Below the pieces are notes generated by a model. It ran no database searches. It was not told the origin of the DNA and worked only from the letters and a program-made list of their open reading frames with translations. The position numbers and the translations under genes were made by a program. Source: an uncultured Chloroflexia bacterium (GTDB taxonomy: Bacteria > Chloroflexota > Anaerolineae > CG2-30-64-16). Taken from it: a DNA stretch of 64,000 nucleotides. The stretch spans positions 416,001 to 480,000 of the forward strand of contig CAWEMM010000012.1 in NCBI GenBank assembly GCA_963810095.1, in the 5' to 3' direction. Shown piece by piece: positions 31,955 to 41,608 of the stretch (its first letter is position 1; each line of letters begins with the position of its first letter).

Positions 31955-33160
31955 TCACGCGTATTTCTTCAGATACGGGATGTCCAGGTTGATGTCGGGC
32001 CCAAAGAACTTGAAGATGATGAGGTCCTCGGTCCCGGTGTTCTCGACCGTGAGCGGCTTCGTGGCCGCCTCGTAAGTGACGAGCAGTTCGTCGTAGCCGA
32101 ATTTCAAGCCTTCGACTTCGTGGCCGGCGTACTTGCCCTTGCCGCGCCACACGAGCACGTTGTACACGCCCTTGTCGACGCTCTGGAAAGACTGGCCCGG
32201 CTTGACCACCAGCCGCTTGCCACTGAACTTCGTGGTGTTGTAATAGATCCAGCTCTCTTCGCCGCCGGGCTGCTGGGTCGCTGCGACGGGGACGGGCGGC
32301 GTGTGGCGGTTCTCGTAGAAGTACGGGTCGCCGCTGATCTCCCAGTCGACCTGGTCCAGGATGGCTTGCTCGCCCTTGGTGGCCCGGTCTTCCGCGGTCA
32401 CGTCCTTGAACAGGAGGTCTTTGGAGATAATCTTGCCCGCATTCAGGGCCTGGAGCATGGCGAAGACGTCCGAGTCCTCTTGCAATTCAATCGTGAGCGC
32501 GGTGCCGGGTGCGTGGAGCACGCCCGAGGGCAGGTGGAAGCCTTCGCCCCGCACGTTCAGGTAGGCCCGCGAGTGCTGCAGGATCAGGTCGTCCTTCCAC
32601 TCGGTCAGATACTGCAGGAGGAGGTGCTGCTTGCCTTCACGGACGATGTAGGGGTGTACGCCGAAGAACGTCTCAGGGTGGGGCCCAAGGTCGACGTCCT
32701 CCGGGAAGTAATATGCTTCTTCCTTCGGGTTGCGACCCAGCTTGGCGGCGTCCTTCTTCATCTGGTGGATGTGATACGGGATGCGCGCGCCAAAGTCGTA
32801 AATCTTGGCGAGGCGGCCGAGGCCCTTGTGCGTCTTAGCGTACTCGGCGCCCATCAGCAGGTCGCCGGCCGCATCGACCGCATCTTTCAGCGTCACGTCG
32901 CCTGACTGGGTCAGGGTGCCGTCGATCACCAGGTGGCTCAGGCCCTCGTCCGGCGGACCGACGCGGTTGTCTGCCTTCGTCGTCGAGCCGATCCAGCGCT
33001 CGCTGATCCATCCCCGCTCGCCCACGTTGTACTCTGCCTCAGAGAGGCCGAGCCGCTTGCCGGGGGGCAGGAAGTCGCGCGCGACCCACGCCGGGGTCAT
33101 TCGCAGGATACCACAGCCCTGCTCCAGGGCTCGCTCAACGATTTCGCGTGTCTGACTCAT
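31955..33160 (-). CDS. Cupin protein resembling type I phosphomannose isomerase
   Basis: ISERW, IPYHIHQ, KEEAYY, GVLHAPG and ELQEDSD correspond to PMI-I motifs, with substitutions. Confidence 0.6.
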   Translation of the reverse strand: MSQTREIVERALEQGCGILRMTPAWVARDFLPPGKRLGLSEAEYNVGERGWISERWIGSTTKADNRVGPPDEGLSHLVIDGTLTQSGDVTLKDAVDAAGDLLMGAEYAKTHKGLGRLAKIYDFGARIPYHIHQMKKDAAKLGRNPKEEAYYFPEDVDLGPHPETFFGVHPYIVREGKQHLLLQYLTEWKDDLILQHSRAYLNVRGEGFHLPSGVLHAPGTALTIELQEDSDVFAMLQALNAGKIISKDLLFKDVTAEDRATKGEQAILDQVDWEISGDPYFYENRHTPPVPVAATQQPGGEESWIYYNTTKFSGKRLVVKPGQSFQSVDKGVYNVLVWRGKGKYAGHEVEGLKFGYDELLVTYEAATKPLTVENTGTEDLIIFKFFGPDINLDIPYLKKYA

Positions 33161-33184
33161 GCTCTTCGTCCTTTACTGCGGTTT

Positions 33185-33252
33185 CAACACAAAGGCACAA
33201 AGACACAAGGGCCCGCTGTCTCGTCTCTTGGTGTCTTGGTGTCTTTGTGTTG
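33185..33252. repeat. Family A intergenic repeat
   Basis: CAACACAAAGGCACAAAGACACAAG...CTTGGTGTCTTGGTGTCTTTGTGTTG. Confidence 0.85.
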
Positions 33253-33257
33253 TGGTC

Positions 33258-34670
33258 CTACTTACCGAGTTCCCCGAAACGGGCGTTGATCGCCAGGGCC
33301 GGGTCGATGGGCACGTTCGCGTGCGCGGTGCCCGGAGGCGTGGCGATCACCGGCGTGGGCCGAGGGCGCCGGCCCGCAAACTGCGGCAGCCACTGCGCCT
33401 CGCACTCCAGCATCTCGGTGACCATCTCGCGGGTCTCCTTCAGCGTCAGCGTGGCCGACGTGAGGGGATCCATCGCGCATGCCATGACCACCTTTTCCGG
33501 GTCGCCCGTCATGCCGGCCTCGACGGTCAGGCGCTGGACGTTGATGTTGGTCATATTGAGCGCGGCGCACTGCGAGGGCAGGTCGCCGACGATGGTCTGG
33601 TGGATGCCGGTCCGGTCGACGAACAAGGGGCCCTCGGCGCAGCAGTCGGCCGGCAGGTTCGTGATCATGCCGCGGTTGACGACGTTGCCGTTCAGGCGGA
33701 AGGTCTTGCCCGTCTCGAGCGCCTCGATAATGTAGGACCCGTATTCGACCGAGCGCTTAGGTAGGGCCGTGGGCTGGTCCCTGAGGATATCCTGGCCCTC
33801 GTACTTCGCCGCGACATGCTTGCAGAAGTTGTAGTACGCGCCCGTTTCGCCGCCGAAGCCCGGCTCGTCGCAATACAGCTCACGGGCCCGCTGGCTCGAA
33901 CGGAACCACGGCACGTATTCGGAGAGGTGGCCGGTCGACTCGGTCATGAAATAGCCGAACTGGCGGAACACCTCGCCGCGCACTTTCTCATTGATGTAGT
34001 ATTCGGGTTGCTCGAACCGCTCGCGCAGCTTGGGGTACAGGTCGGCGCCGTTGTGTGCCAGCTCGAGGAACCAGCCCATGTGATTGATGCCCGCGCACAG
34101 GAAGTCGATCTGCTCTTTCGGGACGTCCACGTAACCGGAGATCAGGTCCAGCGTCGTCTGAACGCCGTGGCAGAGCCCAACGAACTTGACGCCGGTCGTG
34201 CCGAGCGTCCAGCACATCGTGGCCATGGGGTTCACGTAGTTCAGCACGTACGCGTTGGGCGCCACTTCCTTGATGTCTTGCGCCATGCCAAGCATAGTGG
34301 GGATGGACCGGAGGGAACGGAAGATGCCGCCCGGCCCCAACGTGTCGCCGATGCACTGGTCGACGCCGTACTTGTAGGGGATTTTGTAGTCGTATTCGAA
34401 ACCCTGCACGCCGCCGACCTGGAACGTGGCAATCACATAATCCGCGCCGTCCAGGGCCGCCCGGCGGTCGGTTGTCTTCCAGACCTTAGCAGGGAGCTTG
34501 TTGTCTGCAATAACGCGCTTGGCGAACCCCTCGACCATTGCCGTGCGATTGGTCGACGGCGCCATGAGCGCAAATTCCGTGCCTTCGAGTCCCGGCGTAC
34601 CCAGGATATCCAGCATCAGCGTCTGGCAGAACACGATGCTGCCCGCGCCGATAATCGCAACCTTCGCCAT
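33258..34670 (-). CDS. melA: Glycoside hydrolase family 4 (alpha-galactosidase/alpha-glucosidase, MelA-like)
   Basis: IIGAGS.VF, GDTLGPGG, NYVNPM, GLCHGV, AGINHM and TESTGHLSEY.PWF; SD GGAGGT. Confidence 0.88.
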   Translation of the reverse strand: MAKVAIIGAGSIVFCQTLMLDILGTPGLEGTEFALMAPSTNRTAMVEGFAKRVIADNKLPAKVWKTTDRRAALDGADYVIATFQVGGVQGFEYDYKIPYKYGVDQCIGDTLGPGGIFRSLRSIPTMLGMAQDIKEVAPNAYVLNYVNPMATMCWTLGTTGVKFVGLCHGVQTTLDLISGYVDVPKEQIDFLCAGINHMGWFLELAHNGADLYPKLRERFEQPEYYINEKVRGEVFRQFGYFMTESTGHLSEYVPWFRSSQRARELYCDEPGFGGETGAYYNFCKHVAAKYEGQDILRDQPTALPKRSVEYGSYIIEALETGKTFRLNGNVVNRGMITNLPADCCAEGPLFVDRTGIHQTIVGDLPSQCAALNMTNINVQRLTVEAGMTGDPEKVVMACAMDPLTSATLTLKETREMVTEMLECEAQWLPQFAGRRPRPTPVIATPPGTAHANVPIDPALAINARFGELGK

Positions 34671-34864
34671 TCCATACCTCCATGCGCTGCCGGGCGCCAT
34701 CCTGGCGCACAAAAGGCCAGCACGCGATGATGGTTCGTGTGCTGGCCTTGCAGATGCTGACTAGGTTCGTCTGCCGCCAGATCACGCCCGGCGTGGAGTT
34801 AGTCGGGCAACACGGGAACGGCTCACGTTCAGGGCGACCGTCGTCGTGTCGCTCGGGTCTAGAG

Positions 34865-34901
34865 CGTCTGCAGGCCGCCGTTCAGCGGCGGCCTGCAGAC
34901 G
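34865..34901. repeat. Strong stem-loop after the solute-binding protein gene
   Basis: Perfect 16 bp IR CGTCTGCAGGCCGCCG/CGGCGGCCTGCAGACG; could be an mRNA stabiliser or terminator. Confidence 0.65.
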
Positions 34902-34909
34902 TGAACGAA

Positions 34910-36082
34910 CTACTTCTGGGTCTTCATGTACTCGGCGAGCTTCGCATCGAAGTCCGCGAACATCTGCTGGTTCGCCTTGTACTGCTCTTCGTAGTAGCCC
35001 AGGTCGTACTTGAACTGGTTGGCCGCCCGGCCCTTCATGTAGTTGGCCGTGTTCCACGGCAGGGCCTGGTCAAGGTTGTCCTTCGTGATGACGGCGAAGG
35101 GCTTGATCTGCAGGTACTTCTCGAACGGTTCGCCCTTGAAGTACCGGACGATTTGCTGGACGCTCAGGTCGGCATTCAGAGAGGGCGGGTTCGGGACAGA
35201 GGCCATTTCCTTGCCCTGCTTCATCCAGTCCCACTCTTCTTCCTTGCCGTTGACGCTGACGACGACCTTGTCCTTGACACCGAGTTCGTCAAAGACCTGG
35301 AGGATGCCGCGGACGGTCTCGCCGTTGGCGCCGAAGATGACCTTGAAGTCCTCGCCGGAAGCGATGAGGTCCTGGGCGATCGGGATCGCCTTGTCGCTCT
35401 GCCACTCAGAGCTCTTCAGCACCTTGCACTCCTCGTTGCCGCCTTCCTTCAGACCGAGGTTGAAGCCGACGATCTGGCCTTCGGCAGTGCCCTGGCCGAG
35501 GAAGCCCGGGATCTGCACGCACTTGGTCTTCGGGTAGTTCTTGGCAACCCACTGGCCGAGCTGGTAGCCCAGGATGACGAAGTTGTCGGTAACGTGCCCG
35601 GTCAGGTCGGTGCCAGCGGCAACTTCGGGCTTGCCTGCGATGAAGAAGATCGGCACTTTGGCGTCGGAGGCGGCCTTGATGGAGGCCGCGCTACCGGCGG
35701 CGCCGGCGGTGATGACGGCGATGGCGTCGACGCCCTTCGCGATCAGGTCCTGGACGTTCGCCAGTTCCTTCTCGGGCTTGTAGTCCGAGTTCAGCTCGAC
35801 AACGTTCATGCCGTAGCTCTGGGCGATGGCCTTGAGGGCATCACCGAACTGGGCATAGTAGTCGTCGGGGCCGGCATTGATGAAGCCGATGGTCTTCCCT
35901 TTAACGGGATCTGCAGCGGCGGCCGGGGCAGTCGTGGGCGCTGCCGCAGGGGCTTCCGTTGCTGCGGCCGGGGCCGCAGGTGCTTGGGTCGCTGCAGCCG
36001 GCGCCGCAGGAGCCGGGGCGCTACAGCCGACGACTCCCAGAAGCACGACAACGACCAGGACGATGGAGACGACCTTGTTCAT
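34910..36082 (-). CDS. Sugar ABC transporter substrate-binding lipoprotein (RbsB-like)
   Basis: Lipobox VVGC, Ala/Pro/Thr-rich tether, periplasmic binding protein type I pattern (E..NVQDLIAKGVDAI). Confidence 0.9.
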   Translation of the reverse strand: MNKVVSIVLVVVVLLGVVGCSAPAPAAPAAATQAPAAPAAATEAPAAAPTTAPAAAADPVKGKTIGFINAGPDDYYAQFGDALKAIAQSYGMNVVELNSDYKPEKELANVQDLIAKGVDAIAVITAGAAGSAASIKAASDAKVPIFFIAGKPEVAAGTDLTGHVTDNFVILGYQLGQWVAKNYPKTKCVQIPGFLGQGTAEGQIVGFNLGLKEGGNEECKVLKSSEWQSDKAIPIAQDLIASGEDFKVIFGANGETVRGILQVFDELGVKDKVVVSVNGKEEEWDWMKQGKEMASVPNPPSLNADLSVQQIVRYFKGEPFEKYLQIKPFAVITKDNLDQALPWNTANYMKGRAANQFKYDLGYYEEQYKANQQMFADFDAKLAEYMKTQK

Positions 36083-36122
36083 TGACCTTTCCTCCTTATG
36101 GTCTTGGTGCACGGTTGAGTGT

Positions 36123-37184
36123 CTACGCCCGCACCGAGGCGTTTTCTACCTCAGCAGCCGCTTCCTTTCGTGCCGTGACAGTCACGGACGAGGTGCGGAG
36201 GCCGCTAAAATAGCTAAGTAGGACGGCGACCAGGATCAGGACGCCGCGCATGATGTACTGCCAGTGTGGGCTGACGCCCAGGATGTTGAGCGCGTTGGAG
36301 ATGACGCCGAGGAGGAGCACGCCGATCATGGTGCCCCAGACATTGCCCTTCCCACCGCTCAACGCCACGCCGCCCACGACAACTGCAGCGATCACGTCGA
36401 TTTCTTTGCCCTGGCCCATTAAGGGCCCGCCCACGCCGGTCCTTGACATCAGCGCCAGCGTGGCGATGGCAACAAAGAGGCCGTTCAGCCCGTACAACAG
36501 GAGCTTGAAGTTCTTGACATTGATGCCCGCGAGATAAGCCGCATTTTCATTGCCGCCCACCGCGTAGACGCGCCGGCCGAACTTGGTATACTTCAAAGCC
36601 AGCCACACGATAAAGGTCAGCATGATGAGCAGGAACACCGGCAGGCCGATCCGAAAGTCCCCGACATTCAAGTAGGTCTGGCCGATGAAGGTGAACCTGT
36701 CCGTGATCGTGATCTCGCGACCGTTGGTGATGAGGTAGGTGAAGCCGGTGTAGATGGTCATAAACGCCAGCGACACGATGAACGGTTCTAGTTTTGTGCG
36801 CGAGATGATCAGGCCCATGAGCAGCTGGAAACCGATCGCCACCGCCACGGCCGTCAACACCATGCCAGGCTCGCTGAAGCCGGCGTTGCGGAGGAGATAG
36901 GCCGCTCCGGTGCCGATAAAGCACATCATCTGGCCGACCGACAAGTCGATGCCGCCCGAGATCATGATCAGTGTCATGCCGAGCGCAAGGATGCCCGTCG
37001 TGGAGACCTGCAAGAGGACGTTGGAGATATTCATCGGCTTGACGAACGCCACTTTGCCCAAGTTGCCGTCGCGCACGATGAAGAGTTCCACAAAAAAGAC
37101 GACGACGAGGATGACCACGAGCACGAGCAGAGTCGGCGTGTTCTCCTGCCTTGTGAAGCGTTGCAGACGGTTGCTGGTCCTCAT
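36123..37184 (-). CDS. Sugar ABC transporter permease (RbsC-like)
   Basis: GGIDLSVG, T.FGRRVYAVGGNE.AA.LAGI and IAAVVVGG.ALSGGKG. Confidence 0.92.
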   Translation of the reverse strand: MRTSNRLQRFTRQENTPTLLVLVVILVVVFFVELFIVRDGNLGKVAFVKPMNISNVLLQVSTTGILALGMTLIMISGGIDLSVGQMMCFIGTGAAYLLRNAGFSEPGMVLTAVAVAIGFQLLMGLIISRTKLEPFIVSLAFMTIYTGFTYLITNGREITITDRFTFIGQTYLNVGDFRIGLPVFLLIMLTFIVWLALKYTKFGRRVYAVGGNENAAYLAGINVKNFKLLLYGLNGLFVAIATLALMSRTGVGGPLMGQGKEIDVIAAVVVGGVALSGGKGNVWGTMIGVLLLGVISNALNILGVSPHWQYIMRGVLILVAVLLSYFSGLRTSSVTVTARKEAAAEVENASVRA

Positions 37185-38668
37185 TGCACAGTCCCTCCGA
37201 TGGAGTACTTCAGAATGTTCTCCTCGCTGATTTCGTCCTTTTGAACCTCGGCCACGATCCGGCCGTTTCGCATCACCATGATCCGGTCGCTCATCGACAC
37301 GAGTTCTGGCATGTCGGACGAAATCATAATGATCGCCTTGCCCTGCTTGAGCAGGTCGACCATCACCTTGTAGATCTCTTCTTTCGCGCCGACGTCAATG
37401 CCGCGGGTGGGTTCGTCGAAGATGAAGATCTCGGCGCGGGTCGCGAACCACTTAGCCAGGACCACTTTCTGTTGGTTTCCGCCCGAGAGGAACATGACCT
37501 GCTGGAAGATGCCGGGCGTGACGATACGCAGCGTGTCTACGAACCGCCGGGTGGTCTTGACATCGTCTGCCGGCACGGCCAGTGGGGTCTTTGACTGCGA
37601 GTAGCTGGCGATCGGGACATTCTTGTCCAGGCCGTGCTTGAGAAAGAGCCCCGTGCTCTGGCGGTCCTCGGTGATGTAGCACATGCCGTTGAGGATGGCC
37701 GAGAGCGGCGAATTGATCCGGACCTGCTTGCCCTGGACGAAGAACTGGCCGGTGGTCGCCTGCTTTACCCCGAACAGCAGGTCGGCCAGCTCGGTGCGCC
37801 CCGAACCGACCATGCCCGCAATCCCGAGGATTTCGCCCCTGCGCACCTGCAGGGACGCGCTTTCCACGCCCGGTCCACTGACGTTGCGCGCCTCAAAGGC
37901 CAGGTCGCCGACCGCGACCGCCTCCCGTTTATAGAAGAGGGACACGTCGCGTCCAACCATGTCGTGAATCAGGGCCCGCTCGGTGAGTTCAGCCGCAGAG
38001 TAGGTGCTGATCTTCTGACCATCCCGGAGCACGGTCACCCGGTCCGCGATCTTGAAGACCTCTTCGAGGTGATGTGAAATGTAGATGACGCTCATCCCGT
38101 TTTCGGCCAGCTTCTTGATGATGCTCAGCAGGTGCTCGATCTCGGTCTGGCTGAAAGAGGCAGTGGGTTCGTCGAGGATAATGACTTTGGAGTCCTGGAC
38201 CAGCCCCTTGGCGATCTCGACGGTCTTCTGACCGCCGCTGCCCAGCTGGCCCACGATGTCGTACGGTGAGATGTCTGAATGAAGGTACTCGAGGACTTCG
38301 CGCGCCTTTGCGACCATTTGGGCTCGATTGATGACGATCCCGTTGGTGATCTCCCGGCCGGTGTAGAGATTCTCGACGACTTCCAGTAAGGGAAAGAGCG
38401 TATGCTCCTGGTAGATCGTCTGGATGCCCATCTCCATGGCCGAGTGGGGCGTCAGAGTCACCTTCTTGCCGGCGAAGTAGATGTCGCCCCGGTCGGGCGT
38501 GTACACGCCGGAGAGCATCTTGATGAGAGTTGACTTGCCCGCGCCGTTCTCGCCACAAATGCAGTGTATCTCGCCCTTCCGCAGGTCAAAGTTAAAGTCC
38601 TCAAAGACTTTGACCCCCGGAAATGACTTGCTTATGCCCTTCATCTCAAGGATCAGTTCATCGGGCAT
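37181..38668 (-). CDS. Sugar ABC transporter ATP-binding protein (RbsA-like, two NBDs)
   Basis: GENGAGKSTL, LDEPT, LSGGNQQKV and DEPTRGIDVGAK. Confidence 0.93.
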   Translation of the reverse strand: MPDELILEMKGISKSFPGVKVFEDFNFDLRKGEIHCICGENGAGKSTLIKMLSGVYTPDRGDIYFAGKKVTLTPHSAMEMGIQTIYQEHTLFPLLEVVENLYTGREITNGIVINRAQMVAKAREVLEYLHSDISPYDIVGQLGSGGQKTVEIAKGLVQDSKVIILDEPTASFSQTEIEHLLSIIKKLAENGMSVIYISHHLEEVFKIADRVTVLRDGQKISTYSAAELTERALIHDMVGRDVSLFYKREAVAVGDLAFEARNVSGPGVESASLQVRRGEILGIAGMVGSGRTELADLLFGVKQATTGQFFVQGKQVRINSPLSAILNGMCYITEDRQSTGLFLKHGLDKNVPIASYSQSKTPLAVPADDVKTTRRFVDTLRIVTPGIFQQVMFLSGGNQQKVVLAKWFATRAEIFIFDEPTRGIDVGAKEEIYKVMVDLLKQGKAIIMISSDMPELVSMSDRIMVMRNGRIVAEVQKDEISEENILKYSIGGTVQ

Positions 38669-38774
38669 AACGGACCTCCTACGCCTTCATAGCAGACTTG
38701 CGCTCCGGCAGCAGCGAGCGGGGCGCCACGGTTTCCGCTGAACTCTGGCCTGGCTCAACCCTCAGATTGGCGCC

Positions 38775-39800
38775 TTACGGCGCGGATTCGCGCACGACGA
38801 TGCTGGGCTCCAGCACCATTTTGTGAACTGCTTCGTTTTCCCCATCGATCATGCCAAGCAGCATCTTGGACCCTAAGATGCACATGGTCTGCACCGGCTG
38901 ACTGATCGTCGTCAGCGTGGGCCGGACGATGCTGGCCACGGGGATGTCGTCATACCCAATCACTGCGATATCGGCCGGCACCCGCACCCGCAGCTCGTAG
39001 AGCTTCTTAAGCACGCCGAGCGCCATCTGGTCCGTCGAAACAAAGATCCCCCGCGGCTTGCCCTGGGTCAAGACCTCGCCTGCGCCGATGTAGCCCTGGC
39101 GAATCTTGTCGTACTCCCCCGTGCTCTCGGCAATGTAGACGGTCGGACAATGAAGGTGAAACTCCTCCATGGCCTTAGTGAACCCCTCCATCCGGTGCCG
39201 CAGCGCCAGGTTATAGAGCGGTTCGGTGATGTAGGCGATTTCGGAGACGCCGAGGGACACGAAGTGCTGAACGGCAAGAAAACTGCCCTTGACGTTGTTC
39301 ATGAGGACGCACACGGTGTCGGTCGCCGCCTCGTTCAGGTCGTCGTCTAGTACGACGTATGGCACATTGTAACGGTCGAGCTTCTGGATGCACTCCCGGT
39401 TCGTTAACCCGTAGCCGATGACGACGCCCGCCGCCTTGTTCTGGATAAGCGACGTGATGTACCAGTCTTCCAGCTGCGGGTCATGGAGCGCGCTGCAGAC
39501 AAAGAAGAAATAACCATGCTGCCGAGCAATGCTCTCGGTGTGCTTGATCATCTCGTTGTAGTAGCTGTTCGTCACGTCCGGAACGATCAGTCCTACGGTA
39601 TTGGACTTGCTCATTCTAAAGTTCCGCGCCACCAGGTTCGGGATGTATCCCAACTGGTCGGCTGTGTCGAGAACCCGCTGTCGCACTGGCTCCGACACCT
39701 CGCCCCGGTCATTGAGAACGTATGAGACGGTGGCTTGCGTGACGCCTGCCACTTTCGCGATGTCCTGCATGGTGGGGGACTTCGTCGTTCTGCGTCTCAT
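38775..39800 (-). CDS. LacI-family transcriptional regulator
   Basis: TMQDIAKVAGVTQATVSYVLN HTH, LGYIPN..AR, GYDD and LTTISQP. Confidence 0.95.
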   Translation of the reverse strand: MRRRTTKSPTMQDIAKVAGVTQATVSYVLNDRGEVSEPVRQRVLDTADQLGYIPNLVARNFRMSKSNTVGLIVPDVTNSYYNEMIKHTESIARQHGYFFFVCSALHDPQLEDWYITSLIQNKAAGVVIGYGLTNRECIQKLDRYNVPYVVLDDDLNEAATDTVCVLMNNVKGSFLAVQHFVSLGVSEIAYITEPLYNLALRHRMEGFTKAMEEFHLHCPTVYIAESTGEYDKIRQGYIGAGEVLTQGKPRGIFVSTDQMALGVLKKLYELRVRVPADIAVIGYDDIPVASIVRPTLTTISQPVQTMCILGSKMLLGMIDGENEAVHKMVLEPSIVVRESAP

Positions 39801-39892
39801 TGGATCTCGTCGATGCCAGTCTGAGCGAGTGCAAGTTTGCTTGTGGGACTTATGCGATTTGTAGAAGTAACTTATACGATTAACTTGTCGAC

Positions 39893-39922
39893 ATTATGAC
39901 ACGCCTTCCCAACGCTTGTCAA
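39893..39922 (-). promoter_or_regulatory. Putative promoter of the lacI-sugar operon
   Basis: TTGACA-N18-CATAAT with TG extension on the minus strand. Confidence 0.6.
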
Positions 39923-39936
39923 ATCGGAGAAAACGA

Positions 39937-39950
39937 TGTAACCGGTTTCC
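39937..39950. promoter_or_regulatory. Candidate LacI-family operator
   Basis: TGTAACCGGTTTCC, a CG-centred imperfect palindrome. A second candidate, TTATACGATTAA, lies at 39872-39883. Confidence 0.45.
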
Positions 39951-40073
39951 TTCTGACCGAACGAAACGCAACACGCGGTTGCCATGTAGGGCGAGCTTGA
40001 GCTCGCAAGTGCAGCAAGTCCTTTCCATTCTCCGACTAGACGGTCGCCCCGCTGCGCTGGACAACGAGGGACG

Positions 40074-40171
40074 AAATAGGACACTGATTGAACTGATGCG
40101 ACTGGTTATCACGATCTCTCTCCCGCAGGACAGTGCAGATCAGTTCAATCAGTTCAATCAGTGTCCCATTT
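40074..40171. repeat. Family B intergenic repeat
   Basis: AAATAGGACACTGATTGAACTGAT / ATCAGTTCAATCAGTGTCCCATTT IR. Confidence 0.8.
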
Positions 40172-40180
40172 CAGATCAGT

Positions 40181-41209
40181 TTAGGGGTGCTCCTGCAGAA
40201 ACGCCTCGACCTCGACAGATGTGGGCAAGGCTGGGATAACTCCCTGGCGGGTGGCCGTGATGGCGCCGACCACGTTCGCGTAGCGCAGGATCTCGGGCAG
40301 CAACTCGGCAGTAGCACCCCCCGAGCCTTCTTCGGCAAGGACCATCTCGGGCCGGTCACGCACCAACTGCCAAAGCAGGCCCGCAATAAACGAATCGCCG
40401 CAGCCGGTGGCGTCGACCGTATGCACCGGGAAGCCGGGAACACATCCCCAGGCGGTCCGGGTGTTGAACATCGCGCCGTGTGGCCCTAGCGTCACGATGA
40501 TCAGCGTGGGACCCAGCGACAGCAGCCCTTGCGCGGCCGCTGCGACGCGCTCCTGCCAGCCCTCGGCGCCGAGTCCCAATGCCTTGCCCGAAAGCAGCGC
40601 GAGCTCACCCTCGTTGACCTTCAGTACGTTCGCCAGGGGAATGGCCGCCTCCACCTGGGCAAGCGCTTCGCCGGCGCTGCGCCAGAGCGTGGGCCGGTAA
40701 TTCACGTCGAACGATACCAGCCCGCCGGCTTCCCGCACGAGACGAGCCGCTTCGAAGGCCGCGCTCCGCGAGGGCTCATCCGTCAGGCTGAGTGAGCCAA
40801 AATGAAACGCACGCGTCGCACGGAGCATCCCGGTGTCGAGCTCGTCGGGCCGCAGCAATGTGTCGGCGCCGGGATTGCGGTAGAACAGGCACTCGTAACT
40901 GTGCGCGTCGGGCTGCGCCATCACGTTCATCGTCGTGCGGGCATCAGGATCGATCCGCATCGCGCTCGTATCGACCCCTTCTCGCCGCATCACGTCGAGC
41001 AGCCAGTGGCCGAACGGATCGTCGCCGACCTTGCCTATAAAGGCCGTGTCCGCGCCCAGCCGCCGCGCGGCCACGGCCACGTTGGCGGGCCCGCCGCCCG
41101 GGGCCTTGCGGAACGCCGTCACTTCGGCATGGCTCTTGCCCAGCTCGACGGGAAACATGTCGACGAGCAACTCACCGAGGCAAACAAGATGCAACTGCCG
41201 GCTCCGCAT
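40181..41209 (-). CDS. PfkB-family carbohydrate kinase (fructokinase-like)
   Basis: GELLVD, PGGGPANVA, FDVNYRP.LW, KVNEGEL and VDATGCGDSF. Confidence 0.92.
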   Translation of the reverse strand: MRSRQLHLVCLGELLVDMFPVELGKSHAEVTAFRKAPGGGPANVAVAARRLGADTAFIGKVGDDPFGHWLLDVMRREGVDTSAMRIDPDARTTMNVMAQPDAHSYECLFYRNPGADTLLRPDELDTGMLRATRAFHFGSLSLTDEPSRSAAFEAARLVREAGGLVSFDVNYRPTLWRSAGEALAQVEAAIPLANVLKVNEGELALLSGKALGLGAEGWQERVAAAAQGLLSLGPTLIIVTLGPHGAMFNTRTAWGCVPGFPVHTVDATGCGDSFIAGLLWQLVRDRPEMVLAEEGSGGATAELLPEILRYANVVGAITATRQGVIPALPTSVEVEAFLQEHP

Positions 41210-41327
41210 GACAGACTCCTTACCTGGTCAACTCGCTTGGCGAAGTAGCTCGTGGATCCATTGTCTTCGGGCACCGTGCTGGCGCCGGCCATGACGGCCA
41301 AGGCAACCAGGGCCGGCCAATGGTGAC

Positions 41328-41357
41328 ATCATGACACTTCCCTCGGACCGCTGTCAA
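41328..41357 (-). promoter_or_regulatory. Putative promoter of the pfkB gene
   Basis: TTGACA-N18-CATGAT with TG extension on the minus strand. Confidence 0.5.
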
Positions 41358-41424
41358 ATCTGCAACTCCTGAGAACGCATAAAACAATTTAATATTCATG
41401 GTCGAGTTGAAGGCACGTAACCTA

Positions 41425-41452
41425 TTGACACGGTCGGCATTTCTGATAACAT
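41425..41452 (+). promoter_or_regulatory. Putative promoter of the BNR-repeat gene
   Basis: TTGACA-N16-TAACAT with TG extension. Confidence 0.5.
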
Positions 41453-41608
41453 GGGCGTGTTTCTATCGGAACTCTCTACATCGCAGCTTCCTCGATGGCA
41501 TTTCGGTTGCGGCCGGTTTGCAGGTTTGGCCAGAGAAAGGAGGCTGTCCTCGCCAGTTCGTTCCTTCGTGTTCGCCAGCTCATTCCTTAACTGAGGGAGT
41601 AAATCGCG

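Noticed and set aside
35915-36020. Ala/Pro/Thr low-complexity repeat in the binding protein
   Set aside because: An ordinary lipoprotein tether.
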